Shown: positions 25,180 to 37,572 of the stretch, piece by piece
Layout of the letters: every line of letters starts with the position of its first letter
Numbering within the stretch: position 1 is the first letter of the stretch
NCBI GenBank assembly: GCA_002269645.1
Contig: NIVC01000299.1
Coordinates: 1 to 64,000, forward strand
Source of the DNA: Macrostomum lignano
Taxonomy: Eukaryota
Direction of reading: 5' to 3'
Length of the DNA: 64,000 nucleotides
Notes under the pieces: model-generated
What the model was told of the DNA's origin: nothing
Seen by the model: only the letters and a program-made list of their open reading frames with translations
Database searches by the model: none
Made by a program: the position numbers and the translations under genes

Positions 25180-27826
25180 ATGAAGCTGCTTGCCAGACTT
25201 ACCGTGTGGCTGCTGCTCAGCTTCAGCGGCAGCCGCCTGCAGGCGTCCTCGGGCGGATGCAGCTGGAAGTTCCACGCAACCGACAGGTGCCCGCAGGTGG
25301 GCATTCGACAACCGACGGAGCTGATAAGCCTTGGAGCTGGGCCTGTGTCGGATGTGGGCGCTCAGGCGGCCTGCGTGCTGCGCTGCCGCCGGCGGCCCGC
25401 CTGCGTGGCCGCGCACTCGCCTGAGGACGGCAGCGGTGCCTGCTGACTGGCGCGAGTTCTCGCTGGACTGGCGCTTCCGAACCGGCTGCCGCGCCTTTGC
25501 TGTCAGCTGGACGGGTGGGTTTAGGATCACTAACTGGGGTCACTCTAGTTTAGGGTCACTCTAGTTTAGGGTCACTCTAGTTTAGGGTCACTCCAGTTTA
25601 GGATCACTAACTGGGGTCACTCCAGTTTAGAGTCTTTAGGATCACTCTAACTGGGGTCACTCCAGTTTGGGGTCACTCCAGTTTGGGGTCACTCCAGTTT
25701 GGGGTCACTCCAGTTTGGGGTCACTCCAGTTTAGGATCACTCCGACTGGGGTCACTCCAGTTTAAGATCACTCCAACTGGAGTCACTCCAGTTTAGGGTC
25801 ACTTCAACTGTGGTCACTCCAGTTTAGGATCACTCCAACTGGAGTCACTCCAGTTTGGGGTCACTCCAACTGTGGTCCCGTGGCTTGGGTTTAACTTCAT
25901 GGGGCACTTCCCCTAGGTCTACATGCACATGAGTTTGACTGCAAAGCTAAAATAATATTTATGATAATGTACAACCGACAGCTCAGCCGCAGCTATTGCG
26001 CAGCGCATCTGAAGGCTGCATACGGCTATTCAGTCCAAGGACTGGGGGGGTCGCCACACAGACCCTCAAATTACCCCAGCTAATGCTGGTACAATAATTT
26101 TAATCCTGGGTGAAATAAAGGGGTGAGTTTCACAAACGCGAAATTTCACAACCGCTAAAAGCACTTACTTTCATATACGCGAAACTTCACAACCGCTAAA
26201 CTTCACTAACGCTAAAATTTTTGCACTTACTTTCATATACGGCAGTCTTTAGTGGTTGTGACGTTTCGCGGTATTGTAAAAGCAACCCAACTAAAGCAAC
26301 TCCCTGACAGCTTACATGTACATGTAGATAAGCATTTGGCTACAGTGCAATACTACAGTCGCTAAGGCAGCCATGCAGAACTTCACCCGCCCGCCCCAGA
26401 CTCGCTACCCGACAAGCTGCTGGCGTCCGCCGAGATTCTCTACAATTTCCGTTTGTCTCTGGACAATCTGACCAAGCCGGGGACTCGAACTCCGAACCTC
26501 ATGTCAGCGGATCGCGTGGACGGATTCGGGCTCAGCCTGGCCGGCCACATGGGCTCGCAGGCCTGGACGAACCTGTCCGGACTGCACAATCTGTTCCAGC
26601 CTGGGGGGCTGCACTCCGTGTACACGTGGGCCCGGTACAACCTCTCCCTGCCCAGGTAAGAAGCCCCTACATCAATTCGACATCGGTCGACGGATAGCGG
26701 TGCAATGAACTTATCTATTTTAGGAATTGTAGTTTACAAGCCTGTCGTCATAGCGTTTAGTACAATTAGAAACCACTGAGAGTCCAGAAGCAAGTACACG
26801 GATTTGTACGCCAGCTGGGAGTACGCTCTGACGCAGGCTGTCATTTCTTAGTTCATATGCACTCGTCTCTGTTTACTCTTGTTTTCGCCCCCTCTCTGCC
26901 CGATTCAACCTTGTTTTTCTTTCTCCCCTCGCTGTCTTCTGATTGGCTCTCCCATCTCGGCTCTTTCCTTAGTCGCGCGTTCCGTCTTATTTTGCAACCC
27001 TCCCCCCTCCCCCACTGACAGCTCGTAAATATAACCGTTCGGTCTTTGAGCCCCTCTTACTTCCGTCTGTCTGTTTTTAACTCAAATTTAATAATAAATT
27101 AACTATTCGTATCTAAATTTGAGTTAAAACTGAAAGACAGAGGGACAGAAAACTGGAGTAAGCAGGGACGAGTGCAGATAAACGTACTAAGAAAGTCGCG
27201 ACACTGGGTGTTCAGCAATCATGACTTTCTCATCTACGGGGATGCACAGCACACGCTACAACCCCCCATGGCAGATTCCTAGCACGAAGTTCCAATTAAC
27301 CGATAACTGCTGTCTTGTAACACCTAAGAAACGTTCAAAATCATTTTTGCACATCTTGACGCAAGCACTGCGAGTCCCGTTTGTCCTCCCGGCTTCGAAC
27401 CTGCAGCTCCTCTCGCTCGGTCCCTGCGGCGGCTCCAGCCAGGGCGGCTGGCTGTTCCAATCCGGAACCTACGTTGAGGCCGGCGGCTTCGTCCCGAATG
27501 TGGGCGGCGAAAACCACCTGTCGAAGTTGAAGGCCTTTGGCTCCTTCAACGGCTCCACCAGCCACTCCGTGGGCGCTGTGTTCAACGGCACCAACTACCA
27601 GCTCCTGTTCTACAATGACCGAGACGACCTGAACAACACCCGGCTGCAGCAGACCGCCTCAACGATGACGCTGACTGAAGCGACCTTCAGCTGCGTGAAG
27701 ATTGGCTTTGAGCCGCGCCGCAACGAGAGCTGCATCAGCGGCAGCGTGGCCTGCTTTGCGCTGTTCGCTCGGATGATTGACAGGTCCGAGTTCCACCAGC
27801 TGCAGGCCTGGTGTGGCGAGGAGTGA
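25180..27826 (+). CDS. Secreted PAN/apple + LamG/pentraxin-like protein
   Basis: Signal peptide MKLLARLTVWLLLSFSG and PAN Cys pattern ACVLRCRRRPACVA. Exons 25180-25514 (frame break near 25441-25483), 26400-26655 and a last exon ending 27826 whose acceptor is unresolved. LamG-like HSVGAVFNGTNYQL..VKIG..SGSVACFALF; AATAAA near 27858. Confidence 0.6.
25520..25872. repeat. 16-bp minisatellite (GGGGTCACTCCAGTTT)n in intron
   Basis: Begins a few nt after the GTGGGT donor at 25515. Confidence 0.93.
26121..26288. mobile_element. Small MITE-like element with imperfect TIRs
   Basis: Left GGGTGAGTTTCACAAACGCGAAATTTCACAACCGCTA versus right TAGTGGTTGTGACGTTTCGCGGTATTGTAAAAGCAACCC; internal direct duplication; no clear TSD. 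Confidence 0.5.
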
Positions 27827-28200
27827 GCAGGACGGGTCGAGCTTCGGATTTCCGAGAAATAAAACTTTGATAAACTGAACTAGAATTACTGTGAGAAGCA
27901 TTCAGCCGCAGGCGTTGGACACAGTTGACCCAGAGAGTCAGAGGTGCATCCCCTCTGACTCTCTCGTTCGTCTCTTTCACGCACTTTGATCCTTGAGCCC
28001 AAGCTTACGACCCAGTTTGCAAACACAACTTTGAATGTCGCTTTGAAGTTCTAAAATAAAATCTAAAAGCTTTCTGGATTCTGATTGTAAGCAAGTTTAC
28101 TCAAGTCTATCAGGGCTCGTGTTCAGAACTTTTTACTCATTCATCGAGTCAATTAAGAAATAGATCATAAAACTGCGATCGAAAATCGTTATGCGATTAA

Positions 28201-31200
28201 GCAATCATCAAACTGCAATCAAAGCAATCATCAAACTGCAATCAAAGCAATCATCAAACTGCAATCAAAGCAATCATCAAACTGTAATCAAAGCAATCAT
28301 CAAACTGCAATCAAGCAATCATCAAACTGCAATCAAAGCAATCATCAAACTGCAATCAAAGCAATCATCAAACTGCAATCAAAGCAATCATCAAACTGCA
28401 ATCAAAGCAATCATCAAACTGCAATCAAAGCAATCATCAAACTGCAATCAAAGCAATCATCAAACTGCAATCAAAGCAATCATCAAACTGCAATCAAGCA
28501 ATCATCAAACTGCAATCAAAGCAATCATCAAACTGCAATCAAAGCAATCATCAAACTGCAATCAAAGCAATCATCAAACTGCAATCTAGCAATCATCAAA
28601 CTGCAATCAAAGCAATCATCAAACTGCAATCAAAGCAATCATCAAACTGCAATCAAAGCAATCATCAAACTGCAATCAAAGCAATCATCAAACTGCAATC
28701 AAAGCAATCATCAAACTGCAATCTAGAAATCATCAAACTGCAATCAAAGCAATCATCAAACTGCAATCAAAGCAATCATCAAACTGCAATCAAAGCAATC
28801 ATCAAACTGCAATCAAAGCAATCATCAAACTGCAATCAAAGCAATCATCAAACTGCAATCTAGAAATGATCAAACTGCAATCTAGCAATCATCAAACTGC
28901 AAACAAGCATTCATCAAACTGCGATCAAACAATCATCAAACTGCAATCAAAGCAATCATCAAACTGCAATCTAGCAATCATCAAACTGCAATCTAGCAAT
29001 CATCAAACTGCAAACAAGCATTCATCAAACTGCGATCAAACAATCATCAAACTGCAATCAAAGCAATCATCAAACTGCAATCTAGCAATCATCAAACTGC
29101 GATCAAGCAATCATCAAACTGCAATCAAAGCAATCATCAAACTGCAATCAAAGCAATCATCAAACTGCAATCAAAGCAATCATCAAACTGCAATCAAAGC
29201 AATCATCAAACTGCAATCTAGCAATCATCAAACTGCAATCAAAGCAATCATCAAACTGCAATCTAGCAATCATCAAACTGCAATCTAGCAATCATCAAAC
29301 TGCAATCAAAGCAATCATCAAACTGCAATCTAGCAATCATCAAACTGCAATCAAAGCAATCATCAAACTGCAATCTAGCAATCATCAAACTGCAATCAAA
29401 GCAATCATCAAACTGCAATCTAGCAATCATCAAACTGCAATCAAAGCAATCATCAAACTGCAATCAAAGCAATCATCAAACTGCAATCAAAGCAATCATC
29501 AAACTGCAATCAAAGCAATCATCAAACTGCAATCAAAGCAATCATCAAACTGCAATCTAGCAATCATCAAACTGCAATCAAAGCAATCATCAAACTGCAA
29601 TCTAGCAATCATCAAACTGCAATCAAAGCAATCATCAAACTGCAATCAAAGCAATCATCAAACTGCAATCAAAGCAATCATCAAACTGCAATCAAAGCAA
29701 TCATCAAACTGCAATCAAAGCAATCATCAAACTGCAATCAAAGCAATCATCAAACTGCAATCAAAGCAATCATCAAACTGCAATCAAAGCAATCATCAAA
29801 CTGCAATCAAAGCAATCATCAAACTGCAATCAAAGCAATCATCAAACTGCAATCTAGCAATCATCAAACTGCAATCTAGCAATCATCAAACTGCAATCAA
29901 AGCAATCATCAAACTGCAATCAAAGCAATCATCAAACTGCAATCAAAGCAATCATCAAACTGCAATCAAAGCAATCATCAAACTGCAATCAAAGCAATCA
30001 TCAAACTGCAATCAAAGCAATCATCAAACTGCAATCAAAGCAATCATCAAACTGCAATCAAAGCAATCATCAAACTGCAATCAAAGCAATCATCAAACTG
30101 CAATCAAAGCAATCATCAAACTGCAATCAAAGCAATCATCAAACTGCAATCAAAGCAATCATCAAACTGCAATCAAAGCAATCATCAAACTGCAATCAAA
30201 GCAATCATCAAACTGCAATCAAAGCAATCATCAAACTGCAATCAAAGCAATCATCAAACTGCAATCAAAGCAATCATCAAACTGCAATCAAAGCAATCAT
30301 CAAACTGCAATCAAAGCAATCATCAAACTGCAATCAAAGCAATCATCAAACTGCAATCAAAGCAATCATCAAACTGCAATCAAAGCAATCATCAAACTGC
30401 AATCAAAGCAATCATCAAACTGCAATCAAAGCAATCATCAAACTGCAATCAAAGCAATCATCAAACTGCAATCAAAGCAATCATCAAACTGCAATCAAAG
30501 CAATCATCAAACTGCAATCAAAGCAATCATCAAACTGCAATCAAAGCAATCATCAAACTGCAATCAAAGCAATCATCAAACTGCAATCTAGCAATCATCA
30601 AACTGCAATCAAAGCAATCATCAAACTGCAATCAAAGCAATCATCAAACTGCAATCAAAGCAATCATCAAACTGCAATCTAGCAATCATCAAACTGCAAT
30701 CAAAGCAATCATCAAACTGCAATCAAAGCAATCATCAAACTGCAATCAAAGCAATCATCAAACTGCAATCAAAGCAATCATCAAACTGCAATCAAAGCAA
30801 TCATCAAACTGCAATCAAAGCAATCATCAAACTGCAATCAAAGCAATCATCAAACTGCAATCAAAGCAATCATCAAACTGCAATCAAAGCAATCATCAAA
30901 CTGCAATCAAAGCAATCATCAAACTGCAATCAAAGCAATCATCAAACTGCAATCAAAGCAATCATCAAACTGCAATCAAAGCAATCATCAAACTGCAATC
31001 AAAGCAATCATCAAACTGCAATCAAAGCAATCATCAAACTGCAATCAAAGCAATCATCAAACTGCAATCTAGCAATCATCAAACTGCAATCAAAGCAATC
31101 ATCAAACTGCAATCAAAGCAATCATCAAACTGCAATCAAAGCAATCATCAAACTGCAATCTAGCAATCATCAAACTGCAATCAAAGCAATCATCAAACTG

Positions 31201-34200
31201 CAATCAAAGCAATCATCAAACTGCAATCAAAGCAATCATCAAACTGCAATCTAGCAATCATCAAACTGCAATCAAAGCAATCATCAAACTGCAATCAAAG
31301 CAATCATCAAACTGCAATCAAAGCAATCATCAAACTGCAATCAAAGCAATCATCAAACTGCAATCAAAGCAATCATCAAACTGCAATCAAAGCAATCATC
31401 AAACTGCAATCAAAGCAATCATCAAACTGCAATCAAAGCAATCATCAAACTGCAATCAAAGCAATCATCAAACTGCAATCAAAGCAATCATCAAACTGCA
31501 ATCAAAGCAATCATCAAACTGCAATCAAAGCAATCATCAAACTGCAATCAAAGCAATCATCAAACTGCAATCAAAGCAATCATCAAACTGCAATCAAAGC
31601 AATCATCAAACTGCAATCAAAGCAATCATCAAACTGCAATCAAAGCAATCATCAAACTGCAATCAAAGCAATCATCAAACTGCAATCAAAGCAATCATCA
31701 AACTGCAATCAAAGCAATCATCAAACTGCAATCAAAGCAATCATCAAACTGCAATCTAGCAATCATCAAACTGCAATCAAAGCAATCATCAAACTGCAAT
31801 CAAAGCAATCATCAAACTGCAATCAAAGCAATCATCAAACTGCAATCAGCAATCATCAAACTGCAATCAAAGCAATCATCAAACTGCAATCAAAGCAATC
31901 ATCAAACTGCAATCAAAGCAATCATCAAACTGCAATCAAAGCAATCATCAAACTGCAATCAAAGCAATCATCAAACTGCAATCAAAGCAATCATCAAACT
32001 GCAATCAAAGCAATCATCAAACTGCAATCAAAGCAATCATCAAACTGCAATCAAAGCAATCATCAAACTGCAATCAAAGCAATCATCAAACTGCAATCAA
32101 AGCAATCATCAAACTGCAATCAAAGCAATCATCAAACTGCAATCAAAGCAATCATCAAACTGCAATCAAAGCAATCATCAAACTGCAATCAAAGCAATCA
32201 TCAAACTGCAATCAAAGCAATCATCAAACTGCAATCAAAGCAATCATCAAACTGCAATCAAAGCAATCATCAAACTGCAATCAAAGCAATCATCAAACTG
32301 CAATCAAAGCAATCATCAAACTGCAATCAAAGCAATCATCAAACTGCAATCAAAGCAATCATCAAACTGCAATCAAAGCAATCATCAAACTGCAATCAAA
32401 GCAATCATCAAACTGCAATCAAAGCAATCATCAAACTGCAATCAAAGCAATCATCAAACTGCAATCAAAGCAATCATCAAACTGCAATCAAAGCAATCAT
32501 CAAACTGCAATCAAAGCAATCATCAAACTGCAATCAAAGCAATCATCAAACTGCAATCAAAGCAATCATCAAACTGCAATCAAAGCAATCATCAAACTGC
32601 AATCAAAGCAATCATCAAACTGCAATCAAAGCAATCATCAAACTGCAATCAAAGCAATCATCAAACTGCAATCAAAGCAATCATCAAACTGCAATCAAAG
32701 CAATCATCAAACTGCAATCAAAGCAATCATCAAACTGCAATCAAAGCAATCATCAAACTGCAATCAAAGCAATCATCAAACTGCAATCAAAGCAATCATC
32801 AAACTGCAATCAAAGCAATCATCAAACTGCAATCAAAGCAATCATCAAACTGCAATCAAAGCAATCATCAAACTGCAATCAAAGCAATCATCAAACTGCA
32901 ATCAAAGCAATCATCAAACTGCAATCAAAGCAATCATCAAACTGCAATCAAAGCAATCATCAAACTGCAATCAAAGCAATCATCAAACTGCAATCAAAGC
33001 AATCATCAAACTGCAATCTAGCAATCATCAAACTGCAATCAAAGCAATCATCAAACTGCAATCTAGCAATCATCAAACTGCAATCAAAGCAATCATCAAA
33101 CTGCAATCAAAGCAATCATCAAACTGCAATCAAAGCAATCATCAAACTGCAATCAAAGCAATCATCAAACTGCAATCAAAGCAATCATCAAACTGCAATC
33201 AAAGCAATCATCAAACTGCAATCAAAGCAATCATCAAACTGCAATCAAAGCAATCATCAAACTGCAATCAAAGCAATCATCAAACTGCAATCAAAGCAAT
33301 CATCAAACTGCAATCAAAGCAATCATCAAACTGCAATCTAGCAATCATCAAACTGCAATCAAAGCAATCATCAAACTGCAATCAAAGCAATCATCAAACT
33401 GCAATCAAAGCAATCATCAAACTGCAATCAAAGCAATCATCAAACTGCAATCAAAGCAATCATCAAACTGCAATCAAAGCAATCATCAAACTGCAATCAA
33501 AGCAATCATCAAACTGCAATCAAAGCAATCATCAAACTGCAATCAGCAATCATCAAACTGCAATCAAAGCAATCATCAAACTGCAATCAAAGCAATCATC
33601 AAACTGCAATCAAAGCAATCATCAAACTGCAATCAAAGCAATCATCAAACTGCAATCAAAGCAATCATCAAACTGCAATCAAAGCAATCATCAAACTGCA
33701 ATCAAAGCAATCATCAAACTGCAATCAAAGCAATCATCAAACTGCAATCAAAGCAATCATCAAACTGCAATCAAAGCAATCATCAAACTGCAATCAAAGC
33801 AATCATCAAACTGCAATCAAAGCAATCATCAAACTGCAATCAAAGCAATCATCAAACTGCAATCAAAGCAATCATCAAACTGCAATCAAAGCAATCATCA
33901 AACTGCAATCAAAGCAATCATCAAACTGCAATCAAAGCAATCATCAAACTGCAATCAAAGCAATCATCAAACTGCAATCAAAGCAATCATCAAACTGCAA
34001 TCAAAGCAATCATCAAACTGCAATCAGCAATCATCAAACTGCAATCAAAGCAATCATCAAACTGCAATCAGCAATCATCAAACTGCAATCAAAGCAATCA
34101 TCAAACTGCAATCAAAGCAATCATCAAACTGCAATCAAAGCAATCATCAAACTGCAATCAAAGCAATCATCAAACTGCAATCAAAGCAATCATCAAACTG

Positions 34201-36812
34201 CAATCAAAGCAATCATCAAACTGCAATCAAAGCAATCATCAAACTGCAATCAAAGCAATCATCAAACTGCAATCAAAGCAATCATCAAACTGCAATCAAA
34301 GCAATCATCAAACTGCAATCAAAGCAATCATCAAACTGCAATCAGCAATCATCAAACTGCAATCAAAGCAATCATCAAACTGCAATCTAGCAATCATCAA
34401 ACTGCAATCAAAGCAATCATCAAACTGCAATCAAAGCAATCATCAAACTGCAATCAAAGCAATCATCAAACTGCAATCAAAGCAATCATCAAACTGCAAT
34501 CAAAGCAATCATCAAACTGCAATCAAAGCAATCATCAAACTGCAATCAAAGCAATCATCAAACTGCAATCAAAGCAATCATCAAACTGCAATCAAAGCAA
34601 TCATCAAACTGCAATCAAAGCAATCATCAAACTGCAATCAAAGCAATCATCAAACTGCAATCAAAGCAATCATCAAACTGCAATCAAAGCAATCATCAAA
34701 CTGCAATCAAAGCAATCATCAAACTGCAATCAAAGCAATCATCAAACTGCAATCAAAGCAATCATCAAACTGCAATCAAAGCAATCATCAAACTGCAATC
34801 AAAGCAATCATCAAACTGCAATCAAAGCAATCATCAAACTGCAATCAAAGCAATCATCAAACTGCAATCAAAGCAATCATCAAACTGCAATCAAAGCAAT
34901 CATCAAACTGCAATCAGCAATCATCAAACTGCAATCAAAGCAATCATCAAACTGCAATCAAAGCAATCATCAAACTGCAATCAAAGCAATCATCAAACTG
35001 CAATCAAAGCAATCATCAAACTGCAATCAAAGCAATCATCAAACTGCAATCAAAGCAATCATCAAACTGCAATCAAAGCAATCATCAAACTGCAATCAAA
35101 GCAATCATCAAACTGCAATCAAAGCAATCATCAAACTGCAATCAAAGCAATCATCAAACTGCAATCAAAGCAATCATCAAACTGCAATCAAAGCAATCAT
35201 CAAACTGCAATCAAAGCAATCATCAAACTGCAATCAAAGCAATCATCAAACTGCAATCAAAGCAATCATCAAACTGCAATCAAAGCAATCATCAAACTGC
35301 AATCAAAGCAATCATCAAACTGCAATCAAAGCAATCATCAAACTGCAATCAAAGCAATCATCAAACTGCAATCAAAGCAATCATCAAACTGCAATCAAAG
35401 CAATCATCAAACTGCAATCAAAGCAATCATCAAACTGCAATCAGCAATCATCAAACTGCAATCAAAGCAATCATCAAACTGCAATCAAAGCAATCATCAA
35501 ACTGCAATCAAAGCAATCATCAAACTGCAATCAAAGCAATCATCAAACTGCAATCAAAGCAATCATCAAACTGCAATCAAAGCAATCATCAAACTGCAAT
35601 CAAAGCAATCATCAAACTGCAATCAAAGCAATCATCAAACTGCAATCAAAGCAATCATCAAACTGCAATCAAAGCAATCATCAAACTGCAATCAAAGCAA
35701 TCATCAAACTGCAATCAAAGCAATCATCAAACTGCAATCAAAGCAATCATCAAACTGCAATCAAAGCAATCATCAAACTGCAATCAAAGCAATCATCAAA
35801 CTGCAATCAAAGCAATCATCAAACTGCAATCAAAGCAATCATCAAACTGCAATCAAAGCAATCATCAAACTGCAATCAAAGCAATCATCAAACTGCAATC
35901 AAAGCAATCATCAAACTGCAATCAAAGCAATCATCAAACTGCAATCAAAGCAATCATCAAACTGCAATCAAAGCAATCATCAAACTGCAATCAAAGCAAT
36001 CATCAAACTGCAATCAAAGCAATCATCAAACTGCAATCAAAGCAATCATCAAACTGCAATCAAAGCAATCATCAAACTGCAATCAAAGCAATCATCAAAC
36101 TGCAATCAAAGCAATCATCAAACTGCAATCAAAGCAATCATCAAACTGCAATCAAAGCAATCATCAAACTGCAATCAAAGCAATCATCAAACTGCAATCA
36201 AAGCAATCATCAAACTGCAATCAAAGCAATCATCAAACTGCAATCAAAGCAATCATCAAACTGCAATCAAAGCAATCATCAAACTGCAATCAAAGCAATC
36301 ATCAAACTGCAATCAAAGCAATCATCAAACTGCAATCAAAGCAATCATCAAACTGCAATCAAAGCAATCATCAAACTGCAATCAAAGCAATCATCAAACT
36401 GCAATCAAAGCAATCATCAAACTGCAATCAAAGCAATCATCAAACTGCAATCAAAGCAATCATCAAACTGCAATCAAAGCAATCATCAAACTGCAATCAA
36501 AGCAATCATCAAACTGCAATCAAAGCAATCATCAAACTGCAATCAAAGCAATCATCAAACTGCAATCAAAGCAATCATCAAACTGCAATCAAAGCAATCA
36601 TCAAACTGCAATCAAAGCAATCATCAAACTGCAATCAAAGCAATCATCAAACTGCAATCAAAGCAATCATCAAACTGCAATCAAAGCAATCATCAAACTG
36701 CAATCAAAGCAATCATCAAACTGCAATCAAAGCAATCATCAAACTGCAATCAAAGCAATCATCAAACTGCAATCAAAGCAATCATCAAACTGCAATCAAA
36801 GCAATCATCAAA
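28201..36812. repeat. Large 23-bp satellite array (GCAATCAAAGCAATCATCAAACT)n, ~374 copies, 8.6 kb
   Basis: Units at 28201, 28224 and onward. A CTAG variant is concentrated towards the 5' end; the 3' portion is very homogeneous. Confidence 0.99.
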
Positions 36813-37572
36813 TAGCCATTAATCCCATTCCTTTATCTGTTTTACCCGTTTTAGCAACGGTCCCAGTCCTGTTGCATTTGAGTAGAATTATAATCTGTCA
36901 TCCCATTATCCATTTAATAAATTGATTTCGCTTTCATTCTAAAATCCTGTTTCAGGCTACTATAACACTCTAAGTGCTGGAGAATATTGACAATCAAAGA
37001 GGAGAAAGCAGTTCACGCGACACAGGGTTGGCTTGGAGACGCAATCAACAAGGCAGACTGGCTGCAATGAAAATTACTGCCCAAAATTGCCCCCTCCGCG
37101 CGCCTATCAACACCCCCATGCATGGCCGAGTGCTTCAGCAGAGCGTGAATGAGACAGCAGAGGGAATGGCTGGCTTCAGTCCATTGTCTCCTGAGCAGCC
37201 CACTCAGAGAATGAGGAGCATTAAAACTCAGTTGAATTAAAGTAGGCCAGTGCAACAATGCCGAGTGCGCTGATCTATACTCAGAGACGTGCTGGGCATG
37301 CGATGTGAGCATGAAAACGTGCCTGGCAGTGCTGCTGACAAAGCCCCATACTCAGACACTATGCTCAACCTCTTGCCTGTCCTCTCCTTATTCTTGCGCG
37401 TGCCCGCTGCCACGAGCACCTGCGGCCGCTGCACAGACACCGACTCTCCGGCCCACCTTCCATTTCTCTACCTCTGGAGTGTAGAGCATTTAATGCAACA
37501 GCACAAGAATTCATTTTGGCAAGAACCTCATCTTTCTCATCTTTCTGACCCGCTCACCGTCCCCAAGAGGCA

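Noticed and set aside
28201-36812. Stop-free plus-strand reading of the 23-bp satellite (SNHQTAIKAIIKLQSKQSSNCNQ)n
   Set aside because: The canonical unit has no ATG, there are no splice or promoter signals, and TAG variants interrupt the frames. Absence of stops follows from base composition.
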